64,000 bases of DNA from the human T2T-CHM13v2.0 reference genome, Homo sapiens: assembly GCF_009914755.1 (NCBI RefSeq), contig NC_060938.1. The stretch is one strand, 5' to 3'. Below are positions 1 to 17,715 of the stretch, one piece after another (the first letter of the stretch is position 1; each line of letters begins with the position of its first letter). A program made the translations under genes and the position numbers. A model generated the notes under the pieces. The model was not told the origin of the DNA. It saw nothing but the letters and a program-made list of their open reading frames with translations, and ran no database searches.

Positions 1-766
1 GACCAGAGAAGAAGGGTTAAGTAATCCCTGCAAGACCCACATAACCTTTAAATGGTGGAGCTGCTGGGATCTGAACCAAATCTATCTTACTTCAGATCTA
101 GTCTCTACCATACCACAAGGCTTCTCAAGAAGACTAAGATGTTTAACTCAGTTATACAACAATGTGTACGTTAAACTAAAGACACAAAGATGAGTAAGAC
201 ATTAAAGAGTTCACAAAGTAAACACTACACTACATGAAAAGTGCCATGTAAAACAGGATGTAATGGTACTACAGTATCTTTTCATACAACTTTTGGTGAG
301 GGGGAAAAAAGAAGTTATAAGCCAATGGGACACATAGGGGACACAGAAAGTCAAACATTGATCCAGGTAAAGAGAACATTATATTCAAAGAACTGTAAGG
401 TGTTCAGTATAGCTAGAGTCAGAGTGGGAGGAAGCAAATAAAGAGAATGGAAGAGGGAAAGATCAGAGATGAGGCAAAGACAGTGCTTGCTCGTCTGTTC
501 ACTAATTCCTTAGGATAAGGTCCTACTATGTGCCAGGCCTTATTTTAGACAAGCATTGCAATGATGAATGAAACCTAGTCTCTGTTCAAGCAGCTTATAG
601 TTTATCCCAGGAGATGGGCAAATACACAACTGCAACACAGAGTGGTATATGATAACATAGGTGCATTCACTGGATACTGAGATGTTCCTAGACAGAAAGA
701 AGGTGAATCAGTCAGATTAACCAAGGCACTATATTCACAGAGACCCTTATAAGAAAGACTGCCTCA

Positions 767-1081
<315 letters not shown>

Positions 1082-1330
1082 CTAAGCTCAGCTGGCCAGG
1101 TTCTGCACCAGTCTCCAGTTCTCCTCCTACCTCAAATCAAACCACAGCTGCCTAAAGCAGGGGTGGAAATATGACCAAAGACAAGACAATCCATTGGCTG
1201 AACTGAGACCTAGAATGTGGCCTACCATATGAAAAGGAGCTCTGGCACTTAGGAGTTGCACTCCAGAAGCTAAAATGATGCATAGGGAGAATCCTTGAAG
1301 CAGTCGTCAAAATATAAGAAAAAGTGGAAC

Positions 1331-1620
1331 GGCCGGGCGTGGTGGCTCATGCCTGTAATCCCAGCACTTTGGGAGGCAGAGGCGGGCGGATCATGAGGTC
1401 AGGGGATTGAGACCATCCTGGCTAACACGGTGAAATACAAAAAATACAAAAAATACAAAAAATTAGCCGGGCGTGGTGGCGGGCGCCTGTAGTCCCAGCT
1501 ACTTGGGAGGCTGAGGCAGGAGAATGGTGTGAACCCCGGGGAGCAGAGCCTGCAGTGAGCCAAGATTGCACCACCGCACTGCAGCCTGGGTGAAAGCGAG
1601 ACTCCATCTCAACAAAAAAA
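1331..1620 (+). mobile_element. AluY-lineage element (AluYe-like) with rearranged linker
   Basis: GCTAACACGG, GAGAATGG, GAACCCCGGGG..GAGCCTGCAG diagnostics; TSD GAAAAAGTGGAAC. Confidence 0.9.
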
Positions 1621-2349
1621 GAAAAAGTGGAACTAAGTGAACGGACACCATGAAAAAGACTGAAAGCCGCTATGGGCTGCATCTGCTCACAAATGTGTTC
1701 TGTGGCTTGCATGGTATATTACATTTTCAAAAATGACACCTAGCTTGTGGTCTCCAAATACCAATCCCCACAAAAAGGAACTAGAATTCCTTAGAGAAAC
1801 AGTTGTTCTGAGGTCAGAGGATAGACATATACAAGATAAGCCTAGAACACTTTGTTGTGCCAGAAAACAAGGATGCTATCAAAACCTAACAGGATTATGT
1901 TGAAAAAATACAGGAGCCAATATGAAGGAACCAAAGGGACAAATTGGGCATAAAGAATGGAAACAACTGCCTAAAACACAATGATTCTAAAAGTTGAAGC
2001 CAACAATTAAAAAGAGTTCAGTAAAATACTTTAAAAAAAAACCCAAAAACTCTTGGACAACACTGAAAATGACAAGGGCAACAATTCCTTACTCTGACAA
2101 TTATCAATTAGAAGAAATAAATTCTGCATTTATCCTACCAATGTGAATGATAAATTTTAGGATAATCAGATGATATTAATTCCTTAAGAATAATTTCAGC
2201 TAATAAATATGGAAGGAGTAACGGAATTAGAAAGTCATCATTTCACAACCTTAATGACATAATAAATGCACACAGTAGTCATCAGTGGATTCCTAAGTGA
2301 AAGGTTAATGGGAAACTTTACAATGAAGGCTTTGGGCTATTACCACCCG

Positions 2350-3202
<853 letters not shown>

Positions 3203-3317
3203 CACCTTAATCCACTTATCAATCTTAGCAGCAGCAATAAGGGGCACAAAAAGTACTGTGTGTTCCTGCAGTGACACCCTCGACAGAAAGATTAAACCTG
3301 AATCTGGTTACATCTTT

Positions 3318-3414
3318 TTTTTTTTTTTTACACTTTAAGTTCTGGAGGGGTACATGTGCAGAACGTGCAGGTTTGTTACATAGGTATACGTGTGCCATGG
3401 TGGTTTGCTGAACC
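3318..3414 (-). mobile_element. Severely 5'-truncated L1PA 3' end (~97 bp)
   Basis: T-run followed by ACTTTAAGTTCT...TACATGTGCAGAACGTGCAGGTTTGTTACATAGGTATA; 15-bp TSD TCTGGTTACATCTTT at 3303-3317 and 3415-3429. Confidence 0.92.
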
Positions 3415-3696
3415 TCTGGTTACATCTTTACAGCTGATTCCTTTTACAAAAAATATAGTGGAAGAACTGGTTAAAAGACACCTCTAGGAAGCAAAAGACA
3501 ACTCCGAAATGCTGTACATTCTTTTAAGAGCAATTGACTCCAACAATTCAATTGCAAGGATAAAAAAGGAGGTGAGAGGAAGAGGAGACTGCTCTAGATT
3601 AGACACTTGAGAGAGACAACAAATTAACTTTCAAAAGATATTTTTGAGACAAGTGGGATCATACTATATGGACTGGGTATCAAGGAATCATTGTTC

Positions 3697-3993
<297 letters not shown>

Positions 3994-4281
3994 TCATTGT
4001 TCATTTTGTGAGGCGTGATTAGCCACGTAACATTGTGGTTTATATTTTTAAAGAGATGCATGCTGAAGTAGGCAGGAATGAAATACATGACATCTGGGAT
4101 TTACTTTAATACAATTTAGCATGAAATGATATGGCAGAAGCAGTTAAGATGACACGTGTGGAAAGATCCTGATAATTGGTGAATATGAGTAATGGGTAGA
4201 AAGGTGAACTCACTATACTATTCCCTATAACACTGAAAACAAATCAATGCCCGAACCAATCTGAATTGGCTGGTGAAATTT

Positions 4282-4411
4282 TTTTTTTTTAATTTTTAGG
4301 GGGCCAAACCATTTTATTGAGGAAAATGGAGTGGCAAAGCAGTGGTGAGGACAATGAGATCCATGGCCCTCGGGTGGGCCGGGAGCTCCCAAGCTCTGCA
4401 GTGCTGAAACC
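4282..4411 (-). pseudogene. 5'-truncated processed retrocopy of an unidentified mRNA 3' end
   Basis: Minus strand shows non-repeat GC-rich sequence, AATAAA (4318-4313) and poly(A), flanked by TGGCTG[G/A]TGAAATTT at 4267-4281 and 4412-4426. Confidence 0.75.
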
Positions 4412-4488
4412 TGGCTGATGAAATTTAAAAGTCTGGAGCTTTCACATCAAAATCTGGTGTTCCTATTTCATTTGAAAAATCAGATGTG

Positions 4489-4804
<316 letters not shown>

Positions 4805-5071
4805 GAAAAATCAGATGTGGCAAAAAGGCCCACATGCTTGCATGGCAAGTCTCATCAAGAACTAAGTATTGGTCACCCCTAATTAACAGTTTCTACTACG
4901 TCCAATTATTCTCCCATTTATCATCACTGCTTTTTTTTTTAAAATACCTGGTCCAATTTATTCAATGATATTACCTATTTGGCATTTGGGTTTAGGACCC
5001 TTGTGGTTCCATTAAGCTGGTTAGTAGCAAAAGAACAGAGCAGACACAGGAGAGCAACTGAGTGATAGTAA

Positions 5072-5415
<344 letters not shown>

Positions 5416-6145
5416 TAAAGTCCTGCTGTTGAGGTGCCTTCAGCAGCCCTAAATTCAATGTAATTCCCATAAGGCCATGCTAAACTACAGTTCCTGTTAT
5501 TTATAGAGTACTTACTAGAAGCAAGGTAACATGCTTGGCATTCTAGAAAAGATGAACCTGAAAATAGTTCCTACCCTGAGGATACTAACAGTCTAGTAAG
5601 TAGGTCAAGGCATAAACAAAAACAGTTCAGAAAATAAGTGAGTTCAGGGTACTGTCCAGGGTGGCTCCATGTAGAATGCAAAGTGGGAAGTGACCACACG
5701 TATAGCTCAGAAACAGATCATGAAGAGCACAACAAAGCATGTTGAGAAATTTAAACTATCAATAAGCAATAGTGAGCCACTGAAGGGCTTTAAAATATAA
5801 GAACAAATCAGACAGCAACACGAGATGAGAGCAAGGTCTCTTTCATTGCTGAAATTCCCTGAGTCCATGAACATCCTCTGAAGAGTTGGAAGCATGATCT
5901 CCCACCCCGGAAACACTATATCTAAGCTTCTAAAATCATGCCATCACTATTTTCCTGGGTAGAGAGTTTGATACCCAAACAGAATAATAAAATGATGGGT
6001 CACAGATTAATTGCCCTGAAAATAGTTTGTCTCTCCCAAATAAAGTAGAAATAAATTACATGTATTACCACACTACTGGGTTCCACTACTTTAACATAAG
6101 TTATGGTCTTATTATATCTGAAACCCTTTTAAAAAGTAAAAACGA

Positions 6146-6483
<338 letters not shown>

Positions 6484-6862
6484 TTACAAAGAAAAAAAAA
6501 GACACTTTGCTTATTGTGAATGAATAAAATTACCTAAAATGCAACCAAATACTGACAGATATCAAATTATATTAATGTCTCAAAGACCAGGCCAGGCTAC
6601 TCTTAGCTACAAAACAGAATCAAACTGGTATTATGGCAGTAGTTGTCACCATCCAAGAGCATAGTTGGTATTTACATAAAAGAGCCAAGTCCAGATTCTG
6701 GCATACCAAAGAAAAAGGACTAGAGACTGAGACCATTTTGTAACCAATAATCGACTTTAATCAACTACAGAAATTACAAATTTAAAACAAGGAAGGAATA
6801 AGGTTGCAGCGCTTTTCCCTCAACATACTTAACTACCAAACTAAGTAAGAATCTATTCCATC

Positions 6863-7140
6863 GCAAGGACAGAAAACCAAACACCGCATGTTCTCACTCA
6901 TAGGTGGGAATTGAACAATGAGAACACTTGGACACAGGGTGGGGAACATCACACACCGGGGCCTGTCGTGGGGTGGGGGGAGGTGGGAGGGATAGCATTA
7001 GGAGACATACCTAATGTAAATGACGAGTTAATGGGTGCAGCACACCAACACGGCACATGTATACATATGTAACAAACCTGAAAGTTGTGCGCATGTACCC
7101 TAGAACTTAAAGTATAATAATAATTTTGAAAAAAAAAAAA
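6863..7140 (+). mobile_element. 5'-truncated L1PA (about PA4-6) 3' end
   Basis: ACACCGCATGTTCTCACTCATAGGTGGGAATTGAACAATGAGAAC, G-rich tract, CCCTAGAACTTAAAGTATAATA, poly(A); 16-bp TSD AAGAATCTATTCCATC at 6847-6862 and 7139-7154. Confidence 0.96.
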
Positions 7141-7154
7141 GAATCTATTCCATC

Positions 7155-7312
7155 TGTGACACTTACTAGTTTATCCTACCTCTGAGTCTCAGTTTCCTCA
7201 TTTGTAAAATGGGGCTAACAGTACCTACCTACTTCATAGGGTAGTGCATGAACCAAATGGTAATATATGCAAAGTAGCACAGTAACTGACACAGCAGATG
7301 CTCAATAAATAA
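7155..7312 (+). mobile_element. MIR
   Basis: Core CTCTGAGTCTCAGTTTCCTCATTTGTAAAATGGGG...GCTCAATAAAT. Confidence 0.85.
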
Positions 7313-7469
7313 CATTTTATTAATCACGGTTAGCTCTGTCTCCTTTACTTTCCTGCAGGTATCGCGGTATCTTATGATGCCAATCCGTATAAATATTCAA
7401 CACCCCAACATTTATTTGGAGAACCAAATTACGGTTCAATGTATCTGAGACCAAAACTGGTATAGGACG

Positions 7470-8450
7470 TTGACAACCGCCCCAGCTCAGGTGTCACCAC
7501 GTCCGCCAAAGCCTCGCAGCCCTTCTTGGGGTTCCCAGGCGTTGGTGACCCGCCCCGCCCCGCGACAGGCAACCAGCGGGGTGAGGGGGCGGGCTCCACC
7601 GCACGTCCTTTGCGCTCCCGGGAGGCCAGAACAACTCCCAGGCCTCCGCCGGCCCGACTCCCCCGAACCCGAGCCTCCCCTCGCCTAAGCCTGCCGTCTT
7701 CCCTCCCGGCCCCACGTCGCCCAATGCCGCACCTTGAGGTGGCTGCGCAGGCCGCCAGCGCCCCCAGACTGGTCGGAGATCTCGTACGCGCCAGTCACTA
7801 GCAGGTCCTTGTGAATCTCCTCACGGAGGCACTTGCGAGAGTTAATGGGCAGATGGAAGGAGATGGCAAGGACCAATCTGGGGCCGAGCAGGAACAAAAG
7901 CAGCAACGCTAACGGAAAAGGGCCGCGCCGGGCTGGTGGGCCAGACAAACCAGACATGGTGCTGGAGACTCGTTCACCACCGAAGGCCTCAACCGCGCCG
8001 GAACCGGGGGGACCCACGTGACTCACCTCTGACCTTCTGATGCCGTCCGCGCCATTTTGGAGACTGGCATGTAGAGAAAGACTCTATAGCGAATCTTTTG
8101 AAAAGGGAAGAAAGGATAGGTACCATGTCAAAACCGCAAGTTTAAGCAGTTAAAGAAGCTTTAATAGAATACTATTGCAACAGTTTTATTTTTGTTGAAG
8201 TTAGTGACTACTGAGTCGGCCATGGCAAGTATGGGCAGCCCTGGAAGTAATTCTCCTTTAATTTCCGAAAGATGTACCCACGAGTTTAAAGGCGAGTGAC
8301 ACCATAGCAACCAAGCCCCAATAGGAAACAGCCACAAGGCCCTTCGCTGGGCCCGCCCACCGGCCGCCTAGGCGCGAGGGCGGGGAATGAGGCTGTGTCT
8401 CCGGGGATGGGGCGGTTTGCAGGCACTCCCAAGCGCCTTTGACACCTTGA
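7470..8450. promoter_or_regulatory. CpG-island, TATA-less promoter of TMED10
   Basis: GC/CpG-rich block around exon 1. GC boxes near 7551, 8352, 8378 and 8409; CACGTG 8015-8020 overlapping TGACTCA 8019-8025; YY1 CGCCATTTT 8050-8058; RFX-like GACACCATAGCAAC 8298-8311; CCAAT 8318-8322. Confidence 0.88.
7733..7957 (-). CDS. TMED10: TMED10 (TMP21/p24delta1) coding exon 1, residues 1-75: signal peptide and start of GOLD domain
   Basis: Minus strand reads ACC ATG TCT GGT... = [75 protein letters not shown], recognised as the TMED10 N-terminus. 225 nt, ending at phase-0 donor AAG|GTGCGG (GT = 7732-7731). Confidence 0.97.
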
Positions 8451-8644
8451 TGACACCTGGGGCACTGAGACACTAGAGAGGAAAATTTCGAGGAAAGATT
8501 TCAACTTGGCTATTAGACAGTGTGGACCTTAGAGAAGAAGTTTTAGGGGTCACCTGATGAATGTGTGCCGGGCAGACATCCGGTTCATGTCCCATAGCAG
8601 GGTATTTGGGCTGGAGTAATTGTCTGGCTAACTGAATGTACATG

Positions 8645-8645
<1 letters not shown>

Positions 8646-8685
<40 letters not shown>
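8646..8685. repeat. (TAT)13 microsatellite
   Basis: Perfect TAT run about 0.7 kb upstream of the TMED10 ATG. Confidence 0.95.
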
Positions 8686-9057
8686 TTAGCAAACATTGAA
8701 TGTGTTCTAAGCTATATTCAAAATAAATTTGAATTTGGTATTTAAATTGAATAAAACAACATGTTTTGGTCCAGTCTCAGATGAACATAATTAAGGGGTT
8801 AGCAGATAAGCGTTGTCAGGGAAAGTGCGTATGTGTGTGTTTTAAGTTCACAAACACTTTAGGGATCAAATTAACTATTAACATTTGCAAATAGACAAGC
8901 AAATTGACACGGTAATAATTCATGCATTCATTCAATGGAGTACCTACTGTGTGCCAGACATTATGCTATGCATGTATGTCAACACGTTTATTGATTTAAC
9001 AAACTATTACTGGGATACTAGCAAATATTCAGAGCTGAAGAATATATTAAAATAAAC

Positions 9058-9388
<331 letters not shown>

Positions 9389-10053
9389 CTAACATCAAGT
9401 GTAGAAAATAAACGTGGAAGACACAATAGCCCATGTTGGGAATCATTACCTACTTTGATTAACGTTTATTGAGCATCTTCAGAAATATCCAGAAGATGGA
9501 CTGTCTGCCCTTAGTAATGTACATGATTGGTGTTTTTTTTTTTTAAACTTAGTCCATTTAGTTATTTTCCTAGAAATGAAATCCCACAGACAAAACAAGA
9601 ACAAACAAAGGAGCTGTAAAGCATTTAAAATTTTGACAAATGCCATACAATAATTATTTTATGAGGTGTCCACTTAGGAGCATTTAGTTGGATTGTTGTA
9701 TCACTGATCTAAGATAAGATTGGTAGTCCACACAGTACATCCTGATAATTTGCATTGGCCTTTTCCCTGCCAATGCAGGGAATCAGTATAAGCAGTTATC
9801 TAATTCATTGTCTACTTGCATTCCTGAGGCTCTGCTGACCAATAGCAAGAGATCTCAACCCATGAAAAAACTGTGTATGTGTTTCCTTTAAATTTCCATC
9901 TTACATTTACATAATAGATAATGCAATTTAAAATATTTTCACATATCATAATGATCTCCTCTGACATTTTCAAAAACCCTGTGAAATAGTCTGGACAATC
10001 TGTTCATTTTACAGATGAGGAAACCGAGGTTCTGAGAGGCCAAATAATTATAC

Positions 10054-10730
<677 letters not shown>

Positions 10731-10876
10731 GTACCCCAAACCTCATAAGCTTAAAAGTGACAAAAGCAGTCTAGGGGCCTGAGCTATCCTCAGGAAGATG
10801 CTATTATTTCTTATTTTAAAGATGAAGAAACTCAGATGCACAGCAGTTACTTTTCTGTGTCACAGCTCTCAAGTCC

Positions 10877-11170
10877 TTTCTTTTCTTTTTTGAGATGGAG
10901 TCTGGCTCTGTTGCCCAGGCTAGAGCGCAGTGGTGCGATCTCAGCTCACCACAACCTGCCCCTCCTGGGTTCAAGTGATTCTCCTGCCTCAGCCTCCTGA
11001 GTAGCTGGGATTATAGGCGCGCACCACCATGCCCGGCTAATTTTTGTATTTTTAGAAGAGACAGGGTTTCACCATGTTGGTCAGGCTGGTCTTGAACATC
11101 CTGACCTTGCGATCTGCCCACCTCAGCCCCCAAAGTGCTGGGATTACAGGTGTGAGCCACTGCGCCCGGC
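10877..11170 (-). mobile_element. AluS
   Basis: Reverse Alu; TSD AGTCCTTTCTT. Confidence 0.93.
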
Positions 11171-11712
11171 TTCCAGTCCTTTCTTGTCCTGTAGTCTTAC
11201 TTATCCCCATCCTCCAACACCTCCTGTCTTTCTTCCCTCCTTTATAATTTTCCCCTTAGCACTCATTACTATCAAATAAAGCATACATTTTACTTACTTA
11301 TTGTGTTTATTAGTCTGTCTCCCTAACTAGAATGTCTGTTTTGTGAGGGCAGGGATTTTTATCTATTTTTTCACTGTTTTATCTTCTGAACCTAAAACAG
11401 TGCCTAGCACTTAGGTACAATAAATAATGGTACAATGAATTTAAGACTGGTACCTTAGAAAGCGCAACCACAAATTTCTCCCATTATTCTTTAGCTGTTT
11501 TCACATAAATTTGTTTAATCCATAATGTATCTAAAGCATAGGTACAGTTTCAGTGTCACCAACATGTCTATCTTTTCTTAAAAAAAATGGAAAATACACT
11601 CTTGTTTCTATATAAGGACACAGAAAAACAAACAAACAAAAACAATTCTCCTCTGTATGCTGTGGAATGGAACCAAGACTTTTAAGCCTGCACCTGTGTT
11701 AAAGAAGTTACC

Positions 11713-12322
<610 letters not shown>

Positions 12323-12647
12323 GATACCGTTTTACATCTGCATGGTAGAAAGGCCTCATTTGACTTGGAGAGCAAATGGAAAGTGTCCCATAACTACAGT
12401 AAATGCTTCTCTCTGGCCAGCAGTCTTCTGCCGTCCTGTCATCCTGAAACTTCCCCAGCCAAATCCACCTAAGATTCCTGAGCCACTGGAGCCTCTGGAG
12501 GTGAAGAAATATCATGAAGACACCCTCTGCCAATCTATCCCTAAGCCATAGGTTTCTCAAATTTTCCTTTGTGTAAGAGGGGGCATGTTTAAAATACACC
12601 TCACCCCAGATGGTGAATCAGAAGCTCTTACTAAAAATTTGCATTCG

Positions 12648-12968
12648 GGCTGGGCACAGTGGCTCACGCTTATAATCCCAGCACTTTGGGAGGCTGAGGC
12701 AGGCAGATTGCTTGAGTCCAGGAGTTCCAGACCAGCCTGGGTGACATGGCAAAACCCCATCTCTACAAAAGATACCAATAATTAGCTGGACATAGTGGTG
12801 TATGCCTGTAGTCGCAGCTACTCTGGAGGCTGAAGTGGAAGATTGCTTAAGCCCAGAAGGCAGAGGTTGCAGTGAGCCAAGATCACACCACTGCACTCCA
12901 GCCTGGGTGACAGAGTGGGACCATGTCTCAAAAAAAAAAAAAAAAAAAGAAAAAAGAAAAAAAGAAAA
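12648..12968 (+). mobile_element. AluJ within a MER5-like DNA relic
   Basis: Full Alu; flanks TGAATCAGAA...TGCATT / TCTGCATTTGTAACAAGC..GTGATTCT. Confidence 0.88.
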
Positions 12969-13373
12969 ATCTGCATTTGTAACAAGCTTGCTTAGTGATT
13001 CTGTGGTTGGGAGTGCTTAGACCCTTTCCTGACACCTCCTTGCACCAGCCTAATCCTGCAGTGTGGCTTGAGACTCCCCAGCTCCATGCAGAAGCCATCA
13101 AGGATTCCTGACTTAGTTGTTCCTGCCTACTCATGTGTATAGCACCACATGGAGTGTGTGTTTACATAGCTAAGACAAGATGGGTTTTGTGAGGATACAA
13201 AAGACCCCTTTGGAGAGCAATTTGGCAATATTTGCCACATGCCATACTCTTTGACCCAGAGAGTGATTCCAAGGGCCTCTTCAATGGGTCTTCTAAATGT
13301 TAGAGTCCCCCAGGACCTGGTCCTGGAAACTTCTGCTGCATTCCAGGTGATGTCATACAATTCCATGACTTTA

Positions 13374-13996
<623 letters not shown>

Positions 13997-14354
13997 CAAT
14001 CCCATGACTTTAAATGTGTCTGTAGACTGATAATTCCCAAACATGGATCTCCTGACCTCTCTCATAAGCTCCAGAGTCTATATCGAGCTCCCTACTTGAC
14101 ATCTCCACTTGAAGGACTAATAGGCAATTCATACTTAACTCTTGATTTCCCTTCTCCCCTCTTCCCCCACCCCGCTCCCAAATCTACTTCTTCCGCATCT
14201 CAGTAAATGGCACCACCTTCTGCCTAGTCAATGACACCATTCTTGTTTCCTCTTTAACTAACCTTCTCCCCAGACAGAGTCAGTTCATCAAGTCCCGTCA
14301 GTTCTGGATTGGGTCCTAAAATGTATGCTGGTCAGTTTCTACTTCTCTATAAGC

Positions 14355-14575
14355 TAGGGGTCCATAAACTGCTGCCTAGCTAGGCAGGCCAAATCTGGCA
14401 TGCAACCTCCTGTTTTTCTATTGTGCAAGAGCTAAGAATGGCTTTTACATTTTTTGAGGGCTGTTAAAAAAAAAAAAGGAGGAGGAGAAAGAAGAGAAGA
14501 ATGTGCAATAGAGAGCTCAAGTGACCTGCAAGCCTGAAATATTTGCTATCTGACCTTTTACAGAAAAATTTATTT
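14355..14575. mobile_element. MER58-like hAT relic
   Basis: GGCCAAATCTGGC...GAGCTAAGAATGGCTTTTACATTTTT...CCTGAAATATTTGCTATCTGACCTTTTACAGAAAAA. Confidence 0.75.
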
Positions 14576-14959
14576 CTGTCAGTTAAGCAAACAAGACAAC
14601 AGCCTCCTTAATGGTTATCTCTGCTTTTATTATTGCCTGACAATAATCGTACTCATTAACATACCCAGAATGATTTTTTTTTCTTTTTTTCTCTGATTTT
14701 TTTTTTTTTTTAAGTAAAGCAGATCAACTAGATTAAAATCCAAACACCCAGCCACAGCCTGAAGGCTGAGGCCACTGTGTTCTGGCTCATGCCTGCCTCT
14801 CTGTGATTATCCTACCCATTAATGTCTTACCTGGCCTTCCAAACAGTTTAAGCCCCTACCTGCATCAGAGCCTTGGACCTTGCTGCCTACCTGGAGCTCT
14901 CCTCAGCTGTTGTCTCATATACTCTGCTGACTGCTTCTCATCATTTGGGTCCCAACTGA

Positions 14960-15775
<816 letters not shown>

Positions 15776-16199
15776 TGATCTTTCCCTGAGATCAGGCACA
15801 ATATCCTGTCCATAGTTGGTGCTCAACAAATACTTATCGAATAAATGAAATACAACATATTATAAAGCTCCTAGCACGAGATGAACATAGAGCAGTTGCT
15901 CCATAAATGCTAGTTCCTCTATGTAGTAGGTACAACATTTTAATTGCCATTTTTTATATGGAGAAGCTGAGGTCTGAAACTGCTTAGTGACTTGCCTCAA
16001 GTCATACAATGAGTCAGTGTTAGAGCTGAAAATAGAAATGAGAGCTCCTAACTGCAGACCAATTTTTGTCATTACATTTGATAAAACTTGGTATTTACGA
16101 TTTAGTTTCCACTCTACTAAGAAGTTTTAAATTCTTGGGCACTCTTTCTCTACTTTCACTCAGAGGCTAGTAAAAGATCCACTAGCCTCTCCCAACTCA

Positions 16200-16546
<347 letters not shown>

Positions 16547-16617
16547 TTATTTTCTTTTCCAGATTCCCATGGTATGGTGCTATATTTTTATCTGCCTAGG
16601 TGGGAAACATGAACCCC

Positions 16618-17715
<1,098 letters not shown>

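Noticed and set aside
7685-8026. 113-aa ORF taken as the complete protein
   Set aside because: It starts at a GTG 23 codons above the recognised ATG and runs past the donor into intron 1; only 7733-7957 is supported as CDS.
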